A DNA stretch of 64,000 nt. Origin: Candidatus Onthousia excrementipullorum (GTDB taxonomy: Bacteria; Bacillota_I; Bacilli_A; RF39; UBA660). Below are positions 56,767 through 64,000 of the stretch, in pieces; within the stretch, counting starts at the first letter, position 1, and each line of letters opens with the position of its first letter. Under the pieces are notes generated by a model. It was not told the origin of the DNA and made no database searches. It saw only the letters and a list, made by a program, of their open reading frames with translations. The stretch is taken from positions 1,448 through 65,447 of the forward strand of contig DVHC01000055.1 of NCBI GenBank assembly GCA_018712385.1, written 5' to 3'. The translations under genes and the position numbers were made by a program.

Positions 56767-57186
56767 ATGAATTTTAATGAGATAGATTCACTTACTTACG
56801 ATAAATATACCTTTGGTAAATGTATAAGAAAACAAAGGGAAGAACAGAGCATTTCTGTAAGATGTCTTGCTAAAAACTTGAATATATCCCCAATGTATTT
56901 GAGTGATATTGAAAGAGGTAATAGATATGATCCTGTTAAAGGAGATACTTTAAGTGGTCTAATAGAATACTTAAATATTCCAGAAGAACAGGTTGTATCA
57001 TTTTGTGATATGGCATATGCTACTAAAGGGTATAGTGAATATGGCAAATACTTGATGGAAAATAGAAATGCTAGAGTTTTTTTGAGAAGAATTATGGAGA
57101 TGGATCTTTCTTCTTTAGAATGGGATGTTCTTGATGGTGTATTAGATGAAGTTATAAATAATAGAGAAAACAAAAAGATAATATAA
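56767..57186 (+). CDS. XRE-family HTH protein
   Basis: FGKCIRKQREEQSISVRCLAKNLNISPMYLSDIERGNR is a Cro/C1 HTH. Confidence 0.7.
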   Translation: MNFNEIDSLTYDKYTFGKCIRKQREEQSISVRCLAKNLNISPMYLSDIERGNRYDPVKGDTLSGLIEYLNIPEEQVVSFCDMAYATKGYSEYGKYLMENRNARVFLRRIMEMDLSSLEWDVLDGVLDEVINNRENKKII

Positions 57187-57360
57187 AATATATTGATTTT
57201 TTTGCTAAAATATTAATAATATTATATGTTTTAATGTGAAGTGGTATTGTTGATTTTGTGACTATAATTGGAGTGCTTTTCAGTAAATGTAGAAAAATTT
57301 AATAATAATTATTGTATTTTTATTATATTGATGATGCCATTTTTCTGATAGGGTGGGTTT

Positions 57361-58368
57361 ATGAAGAATTTGAGTATAATAGTTCCCGTTTATAATAGTG
57401 GAGCTTATCTAGAAGATTGTTTAAATAGTTTAGTGTTACAAGATGTTTTGAATTTTGAGGTAATTATTGTAGATGATAATTCTAGTGATAATAGTTTAGA
57501 TATAATTAAAAAATATTGTGAATTGTTACCTGATATTTTTAAATATATTCATTTAGATGAAAATAAAGGTGTTTCTGTTGCTAGAAATATTGGCCTTAAA
57601 TATGCTAGTGGTGAATATATTGGTTTTGTAGATAGTGATGATTTTGTTCATAGATATATGTATGGAGATATGTTAGCTTTAACAAAGATGTGTAAAGGTT
57701 TAAAAGTTGTATCTACAGGAGTTCAAAGAGTTTTGGAAAAAGATAGTAGTAAACGTTTTATTGAAAGTGATTGTGATAATATTTCACCTATAATTATTGA
57801 CGTTTCTAAAAATCCAGATTTTTTATGTTATGAGTCACCAGCTTGTTGTAATAAAATATATCGAAGAGATTTATTAAATGAAGAACCTTTTATTCCTGCT
57901 GTTAAATGGGAAGATATAGCATTTGTTTATCCTACTATTTTAAAAGCCTCTGTAATTGGTTTTATTCCATCTAACTATTATTTCTATAGAAGTAATAGTA
58001 AAGGAATTATGGCTTCTTGTTTAAATGTTAATCAAGATATATTTGATATTTTTAAAGTATGTGATGATATTACTATACAAACAATTAATGATGGTACTTA
58101 TTATTCATCTAAAGAAGAGATTAGGAAAATACAAATTATTTCTTGCTTAGATAGACTTAGAGAAATATATAATTGGAATATTAGTAATGATAAAAAAACG
58201 GAGATTTTAAATGAGTTTAATAAACTTATTATTAGTAAGTATGGTACCTATACTATAAGCGAAGATAGCGAGGAATTTAGTTTTATTAAAGAACTTGATA
58301 ATTCTATGGAAGTTGTAAATATAGATGATGTTAAAAAGAAAGTGTTGTCTAATATACGAAATACTTAG
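57361..58368 (+). CDS. family 2 glycosyltransferase
   Basis: LSIIVPVYNSGAYLEDCLNSL, IIVDDNSSDNS, DSDD motifs. Confidence 0.85.
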   Translation: MKNLSIIVPVYNSGAYLEDCLNSLVLQDVLNFEVIIVDDNSSDNSLDIIKKYCELLPDIFKYIHLDENKGVSVARNIGLKYASGEYIGFVDSDDFVHRYMYGDMLALTKMCKGLKVVSTGVQRVLEKDSSKRFIESDCDNISPIIIDVSKNPDFLCYESPACCNKIYRRDLLNEEPFIPAVKWEDIAFVYPTILKASVIGFIPSNYYFYRSNSKGIMASCLNVNQDIFDIFKVCDDITIQTINDGTYYSSKEEIRKIQIISCLDRLREIYNWNISNDKKTEILNEFNKLIISKYGTYTISEDSEEFSFIKELDNSMEVVNIDDVKKKVLSNIRNT

Positions 58369-58588
58369 ATTATTGATTAACTGTGATGTTTAGAGATATG
58401 AATGAAGTAAAATTACTAAATACAGAAAAAGCTTCAGAAGATAGTGTTTATAATTATGCTTTATCTCTTGTTGGTAGTGAAGATAGAGTTTTTAACTATT
58501 CTGATAAAGTTAAAGTTCATACTAAATAAAAAGGATAAATGCGACATAATAGTTGCATTTTTATAATGGGAAAATTTTAGAAAATATA

Positions 58589-58618
58589 TTGACAAGTAGT
58601 TGCATATAATGTTATAGT
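58589..58618 (+). promoter_or_regulatory. promoter of the str operon (rpsL-rpsG-fusA-tuf)
   Basis: TTGACA (58589-58594), 18 nt, TGtTATAGT extended -10 (58613-58618). A leader hairpin TTTTGCC-ATG-GGCAAAA follows at about 58642-58660. Confidence 0.6.
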
Positions 58619-58719
58619 ATGTTTGCTAATTTAAATTTAGTTTTGCCATGGGCAAAATTTTATTTAAAAGTAAATATGATACACCTGGATATGTGTAAAG
58701 AAAGGAGTTAATGATTACA

Positions 58720-59133
58720 ATGCCTACAGTAAATCAATTAGTTCGTAAAGGTAGAGGAAGTAAAACTCGTAAGAGTAAAGCTCCAGTACTTTTAGTAGGA
58801 GTTAATACAATTAGAAGAAAACAAACAAATAATCCATCTCCTCAAAAACGTGGAGTATGTACTCGTGTTGGTACTAAGACACCTAAGAAACCAAACTCAG
58901 CTTTACGTAAGTATGCTCGTGTTAGATTAAGTAATGGTAAGGAAGTAGATACTTATATTCCTGGTATTGGACACAACTTACAAGAGCATAGTGTTGTATT
59001 AGTTCGTGGTGGACGTGTTAAGGACTTAATCGGAGTTCGTTATCATATTATTCGTGGCGCACTAGATACAGCAGGAGTTAAAGATAGAAAACAAGGCCGT
59101 AGTAAATATGGGGCTAAAAAGCCTAAGAAATAA
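58720..59133 (+). CDS. rpsL: 30S ribosomal protein S12
   Basis: [12 protein letters not shown]... is a canonical S12 sequence. Confidence 0.97.
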   Translation: MPTVNQLVRKGRGSKTRKSKAPVLLVGVNTIRRKQTNNPSPQKRGVCTRVGTKTPKKPNSALRKYARVRLSNGKEVDTYIPGIGHNLQEHSVVLVRGGRVKDLIGVRYHIIRGALDTAGVKDRKQGRSKYGAKKPKK

Positions 59134-59186
59134 GCTGTGCTAAAAAGCCTAAGAAATAATATTTAGAATTGGAAGGAGGATAAATT

Positions 59187-59654
59187 ATGCGTAAAAGACG
59201 TGCTGTTAAAAGAGATATTTTACCAGATCCTATATATAAGTCTAAGACTGTTGCTAAACTTATTAATACAGTTATGCTTGATGGTAAAAAAGGTGTTGCT
59301 CAAACTATCGTTTATGATGCTTTTAATATCGTTAAAGAGAAAACTGGTAAAGATGCAATAGATGCTTTTAATGAAGCAATGGAAAATATTAAGCCTGCTT
59401 TAGAAGTTAAATCTAGAAGAGTAGGTGGTGCTAATTATCAAGTTCCTCAAGAAGTTACTCCAGCAAGAGCTGAAGCTTTAGCTTTACGTTGGTTAGTTGG
59501 ATTTTCTAGAAAACGTGGAGGACGTGGAATGGCTGATAATTTAGCTAATGAAATAATAGATGCATCTAATGGAAGCGGTGCTGCTGTTAAAAAACGTGAA
59601 GATACCCACAGAATGGCTGAAGCTAATAAAGCTTATGCTCATTATCGTTGGTAG
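59187..59654 (+). CDS. rpsG: 30S ribosomal protein S7
   Basis: [16 protein letters not shown]... is a canonical S7 sequence. Confidence 0.97.
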   Translation: MRKRRAVKRDILPDPIYKSKTVAKLINTVMLDGKKGVAQTIVYDAFNIVKEKTGKDAIDAFNEAMENIKPALEVKSRRVGGANYQVPQEVTPARAEALALRWLVGFSRKRGGRGMADNLANEIIDASNGSGAAVKKREDTHRMAEANKAYAHYRW

Positions 59655-59666
59655 GAAGGAGAAATT

Positions 59667-61736
59667 ATGGCAAGAGATACGTCATTAGAAAAAACAAGAA
59701 ACTTTGGAATTATGGCTCATATCGATGCTGGTAAGACTACTTGTACTGAACGTATTCTATATCTTACTGGTAAAATCCATAAGATTGGTGAGACTCATGA
59801 AGGTGCTAGTCAAATGGATTGGATGGAGCAAGAAAAAGAGCGTGGTATTACCATAACAAGTGCAGCTACTACTGCATATTGGAAAGGATATCGTTACAAT
59901 ATTATCGATACTCCAGGACACGTAGACTTTACTATCGAAGTTAGTCGTAGTTTAAGAGTTTTAGATGGTTCTGTAGCTTTGCTTGATGCTCAAGCTGGTG
60001 TTGAACCACAAATGGAAACAGTTTGGAGACAAGCTGATGAATTTAAAGTTCCTAGAATGATTTTTGCAAATAAAATGGATAAGATGGGAGCTAACTTTGA
60101 ATATAGTTTAAAAACTATTAAAGAGCGTTTAGGAGTTAATGCTAAACCTATACAATGGCCTATTGGTGCTGAAGCTGAGTTCCATGGTGTTATTGATTTA
60201 GTTACTATGAAAGCTTATCTTTTTGATGGTACTGAGGCTGAAGAGTCTAAAGAAATAGAAATTCCTGCAGACTTAAAAGATTTAGCAGAAGAGAAACATG
60301 CTGATTTACTTGATGCTGTTGCTGAATTCGATGATGAGATGATGGAAACATATCTTGAAGGTGGAGAAGTAACAGTAGAAATGATTAAACGTGCTATTCG
60401 TAAAGGATGTCTTGCAGCTAAGTTCTTCCCAGTTATGTGTGGTACTGCTTTAGGTAATATGGGTATTAAACCATTACTTGATGCTGTTATTGATTACTTA
60501 CCAAGTCCTTTAGACATTCCATCTATTAAGGGACATAACTTAAAGGGAGAAGAAGAAGTTCGTCATCCAAGTGATAGTGAACCATTTAGTGCTTTAGCAT
60601 TTAAAGTTATGACTGATCCGTTCGTTGGACGTTTAACATTCTTTAGAGTTTATTCAGGTCATTTAGCTAGTGGTAGTTATGTACTTAACTCTACTAAAGA
60701 TGCTAAGGAAAGAATTGGTCGTATCTTACAGATGCATGCTAATACTCGTAAAGAGATTAGTGATGTATATACTGGTGATATAGCTGCTGCTGTTGGTCTT
60801 AAGAATACTACTACTGGTGATACATTATGTGATGAGAAGAAACCTATTATCTTAGAGAAACTTATTGTTCCTGAGCCAGTTATTCAACTTGCTGTTGAAC
60901 CTAAGAGTAAAGCTGACCAAGATAAGATGGCACTTGCATTACAAAAACTTGCTGAAGAAGATCCAACATTTAGAGTACATACTGATCATGAAACAGGTCA
61001 AACTGTTATCGCTGGTATGGGTGAGTTACACCTTGATGTCTTAGTTGATCGTATGAAACGTGAGTTCCATGTTGAAGCGAACGTTGGTGCTCCACAAGTT
61101 GCTTATCGTGAGACTATTAAACAAGCAGCTGATTGTGAAGGTAAATACATTAAACAATCTGGTGGTCGTGGACAATATGGTCACGTTTGGATTAAGTTTG
61201 AACCAAATCCTGATAAAGGATATGAATTTGTTGATCAAATCGTAGGTGGTGTTGTTCCTCGTGAATATATTCCTGTTGTTGATAAGGGATTACAAGAAGC
61301 AATGCAAACTGGTATTTTAGCTGGATACCCTATGATTGATATTAAAGCAACATTATTTGATGGTTCATATCATGATGTTGACTCTAGTGAAATGGCATTT
61401 AAAATTGCTGCATCTATGGCTTTAAAAGAAGCTAAGAATAAGTGTCAAGCAGTACTTCTTGAACCAATCATGAAAGTTGATGTTACGACACCTGATGAGT
61501 ACTTCGGTAACGTTATGGGAGACTTAACTAGTCGTCGTGGACGTCCACTTGGACAAGAATCTCTTGGAAATGTGGTTAAATTATCAGCAATGGTTCCACT
61601 TTCTGAGATGTTTGGATATGCTACTAACTTACGTAGTAATACTCAAGGTAGAGGAAACTTTGTTATGACATTTGATCATTATGAAGAAGTACCTAAAAAT
61701 ATTGCTGAAGAAATCATTAAAAAGAGTGGAAATTAA
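59667..61736 (+). CDS. fusA: elongation factor G
   Basis: [27 protein letters not shown] GTPase motifs. Confidence 0.97.
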   Translation: MARDTSLEKTRNFGIMAHIDAGKTTCTERILYLTGKIHKIGETHEGASQMDWMEQEKERGITITSAATTAYWKGYRYNIIDTPGHVDFTIEVSRSLRVLDGSVALLDAQAGVEPQMETVWRQADEFKVPRMIFANKMDKMGANFEYSLKTIKERLGVNAKPIQWPIGAEAEFHGVIDLVTMKAYLFDGTEAEESKEIEIPADLKDLAEEKHADLLDAVAEFDDEMMETYLEGGEVTVEMIKRAIRKGCLAAKFFPVMCGTALGNMGIKPLLDAVIDYLPSPLDIPSIKGHNLKGEEEVRHPSDSEPFSALAFKVMTDPFVGRLTFFRVYSGHLASGSYVLNSTKDAKERIGRILQMHANTRKEISDVYTGDIAAAVGLKNTTTGDTLCDEKKPIILEKLIVPEPVIQLAVEPKSKADQDKMALALQKLAEEDPTFRVHTDHETGQTVIAGMGELHLDVLVDRMKREFHVEANVGAPQVAYRETIKQAADCEGKYIKQSGGRGQYGHVWIKFEPNPDKGYEFVDQIVGGVVPREYIPVVDKGLQEAMQTGILAGYPMIDIKATLFDGSYHDVDSSEMAFKIAASMALKEAKNKCQAVLLEPIMKVDVTTPDEYFGNVMGDLTSRRGRPLGQESLGNVVKLSAMVPLSEMFGYATNLRSNTQGRGNFVMTFDHYEEVPKNIAEEIIKKSGN

Positions 61737-61826
61737 AAGAAACTCATAAATTTAGTTCTAAACAGTTGCAAATTTGCTAATTGTTAGATAAAATATATAG
61801 TGAAATTAAAAGAGGAGGAAAAAAAT

Positions 61827-63017
61827 ATGGCAAAACAAAAATTTGATCGTTCAAAACCACATGTTAACATTGGTACAATTGGACACGTAGATCATGGTAA
61901 AACTACATTAACTGCAGCTATTACTAAATGTTTACATGATAAAAACCCTGCATGGGCTGATTTTACAGATTATGCAAACATTGATAAAGCTCCAGAAGAA
62001 AGAGAACGTGGTATTACAATTAATACTGCACACGTAGAATACCAAACTGAAAAACGTCATTATGCTCATGTTGACTGCCCAGGACATGCTGACTATGTTA
62101 AAAACATGATTACTGGTGCTGCTCAAATGGATGGTGCAATTCTTGTAATTGCTGCTACAGATGGAGCTATGGCACAAACTCGTGAACATATCCTATTATC
62201 ACGTCAAGTTGGAGTACCTCGTATGGTTGTATTCTTAAACAAATGTGATATGGTTGATGATGATGAGTTAATCGATTTAGTTGAAATGGAAGTTCGTGAC
62301 TTATTAAATGAATATGGTTACGAAGGAGATGAAACTCCTATCATTAAGGGTTCTGCTCTTAAAGCTCTTGAAGGAGATCCTAAGTATGTTCAAGCTATCT
62401 ATGATTTAATGGATGCTGTTGATTCTTGGATTCCAACTCCAGAACGTGATACTGATAAACCATTCTTAATGAGTATCGAAGATGTCTTCACAATCACAGG
62501 TCGTGGTACAGTTGTTACTGGACGTGTTGAACGTGGACAATTAAAACTTAATGATGAAGTTGAAATCGTTGGTATTAAACCAACTCAAAAGACAGTTGTT
62601 ACTGGTATTGAAATGTTTAGAAAACAACTTGACGTTGCAGAAGCTGGAGATAATGCAGGAGTTTTACTTCGTGGTATCTCTCGTGAACAAGTTGAACGTG
62701 GACAAGTTTTAGCTAAACCAGGAAGTGTACATCCACATCATAAATTCAAAGCTGAGGTTTATGTACTTAGTAAAGAAGAAGGTGGACGTCATACTCCATT
62801 CTTCAGTAACTATCGTCCACAATTCTATTTCAGAACTACTGATGTTACTGGTGTAATTACTTTACCAGAAGGTGTAGAAATGGTTATGCCTGGTGATAAC
62901 GTAACAATGGAAGTTGAATTAATTCACCCAATTGCTATTGAAAAAGGTACTAAGTTCTCTATCCGTGAGGGTGGACGTACTGTTGGTGCTGGTGTTGTTT
63001 CTGAAATCGAAGGATAA
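61827..63017 (+). CDS. tuf: elongation factor Tu
   Basis: [42 protein letters not shown] 61827 follows a GAGGAGG RBS. Confidence 0.97.
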   Translation: MAKQKFDRSKPHVNIGTIGHVDHGKTTLTAAITKCLHDKNPAWADFTDYANIDKAPEERERGITINTAHVEYQTEKRHYAHVDCPGHADYVKNMITGAAQMDGAILVIAATDGAMAQTREHILLSRQVGVPRMVVFLNKCDMVDDDELIDLVEMEVRDLLNEYGYEGDETPIIKGSALKALEGDPKYVQAIYDLMDAVDSWIPTPERDTDKPFLMSIEDVFTITGRGTVVTGRVERGQLKLNDEVEIVGIKPTQKTVVTGIEMFRKQLDVAEAGDNAGVLLRGISREQVERGQVLAKPGSVHPHHKFKAEVYVLSKEEGGRHTPFFSNYRPQFYFRTTDVTGVITLPEGVEMVMPGDNVTMEVELIHPIAIEKGTKFSIREGGRTVGAGVVSEIEG

Positions 63018-63026
63018 TAGAAACTT

Positions 63027-63051
63027 AAAAGAAGTCTTAGGACTTCTTTTC
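63027..63051 (+). terminator. rho-independent terminator of tuf
   Basis: AAAAGAAGTC-TTAG-GACTTCTTTT. Confidence 0.85.
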
Positions 63052-63226
63052 AGACTGTTGACAAAGTGGTATGTTTAATTCGAACATATCGCTTTTTGGG
63101 TTCTTCGACATTAAAGGGTGCTGAGTAAATTTTCAGCATTCTTTTTTATACCAAAAAAAGACATCATAACACAAACCTGCTATAATGTTTTAAAAGAATA
63201 AAAAATACAGAATAGAGGGTGTTGTG

Positions 63227-64000
63227 ATGTCTATAAATAATTCTATATTAAAATTACTAAATATGAAAGATAAAAATTTAAATTTTACTGAGAATTTTGT
63301 TGAAGAAAGAAATATAAAGAATAGAAGATCATTAGTCATAAAAACATTTTTAGATAAAAATCCTAATTGTTGTCCTAAATGTGGATGTGTAGATAATATA
63401 AAGAAAAATGGTACTATTACTCTCAAACCTATAAAAATACCGAGTATTTCTGGATTAAATAGTTATTTAGAAATAACAAAACAATTATATAAATGTAATA
63501 ACTGCAAACATAAGATAACTCCTCAAACTGATGAAGTTGACTATAGATGTAGAATTAGTAATAATACTAAACATTCAATAATAATGTTTGCAAAAGAAAC
63601 AATTACTTATAAGTTTATTGCAAAGCTTCATAATGTAAGTGATAAAACAGTTCAGAGGCAAGTTAATAAAATATATGATAAAGATAAATTATATAAAAAT
63701 TATATTCCAATAAATATATGTATTGATGAATTCACTTGGAAAAAGAAAACAATGGCATTTAATATATGTGATGCAGAAACTGGTAAAACATTAGATTTAG
63801 TAGAAGATAGAACAACAGAAAATTTAAATAAATATTTTAGTTATTATTTAAGTGAGAACAAACTAAAGGTAGAAAATGTAGTTATGGATATGTATAAGCC
63901 ATATATAAAATTAGTACAAGATAATTTTCCTAATGCAAATATCATTATAGATATGTTTCATATTGTACAACTAATTAGTAGAAGTCTTAATAAAACTAGA
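63227..64000 (+). CDS. ISL3-family transposase (3' end lies off-window)
   Basis: Not in the ORF track because no stop is reached. Read by eye: MSINNSILKLLNMKDKNLNF...CCPKCGC...YKCNNCKHK (zf-ISL3)...ICIDEFTW...VVMDMYKPY...IIIDMFHIVQL (DDE_Tnp_ISL3 motifs). A possible left inverted repeat GGGTTCTTCGACATTAAAG starts near 63098. Confidence 0.8.
   Translation, partial: MSINNSILKLLNMKDKNLNFTENFVEERNIKNRRSLVIKTFLDKNPNCCPKCGCVDNIKKNGTITLKPIKIPSISGLNSYLEITKQLYKCNNCKHKITPQTDEVDYRCRISNNTKHSIIMFAKETITYKFIAKLHNVSDKTVQRQVNKIYDKDKLYKNYIPINICIDEFTWKKKTMAFNICDAETGKTLDLVEDRTTENLNKYFSYYLSENKLKVENVVMDMYKPYIKLVQDNFPNANIIIDMFHIVQLISRSLNKTR

Noticed and set aside
58383-58528. A possible ~47-aa ORF (MFRDMNEVKLLNTEKASEDS...) between the glycosyltransferase gene and the rpsL promoter.
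   Set aside because: No convincing RBS and no recognisable motif. It may be a gene remnant. The evidence is too weak to call.
63190-63426. 78-aa minus-strand ORF after tuf.
   Set aside because: It overlaps the 5' end of the ISL3 transposase ORF on the plus strand, and the transposase ORF has clear family motifs.

Overview
AT-rich (~30% GC) chromosome segment of a spore-forming Bacillota, possibly Erysipelotrichia or Clostridia-like; the taxon cannot be fixed from the sequence alone. The backbone follows Bacillus subtilis-type housekeeping and sporulation synteny: spoVT-metG-tatD-yabE ... ksgA-yabG-veg-spoVG-yabP-yabQ-divIC-tilS-ftsH; clpC ... cysS-mrnC-rlmB-sigH; uvrA ... lgt-trxB-yvcK-whiA ... 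clpP; rpsL-rpsG-fusA-tuf. Accessory insertions interrupt it. (1) At 4.0-10.0 kb there is a SipW-type signal peptidase locus with five tandem paralogous TasA/BsaA-like secreted proteins. (2) At 25.5-30 kb there is an island with an AAA/DUF4143 ATPase, a DUF1016 nuclease, a cupin and two unknown paralogues, flanked by short tandem repeats. (3) A second DUF4143 ATPase at 44.8 kb is preceded by repeats of the same 23-bp period. (4) The main feature, at 49.6-56.3 kb, is a diversity-generating retroelement (DGR). Its target gene has a GC-rich C-terminal variable region (VR). The VR differs from one downstream template repeat (TR) at 16 positions, and all 16 are TR adenines. An avd-RT pair follows. 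That TR is only one of six tandem, in-frame, Asn-codon-rich TR-like cassettes of different lengths. All six share the same 5' and 3' ends and each has its own structured spacer. A decayed VR-type remnant lies upstream of the array. The DGR target protein carries the same N-terminal module as the SipW-locus proteins. Other items are a Met T-box leader, a candidate type I toxin small ORF with a sequestered RBS, and a partial ISL3 element after tuf.
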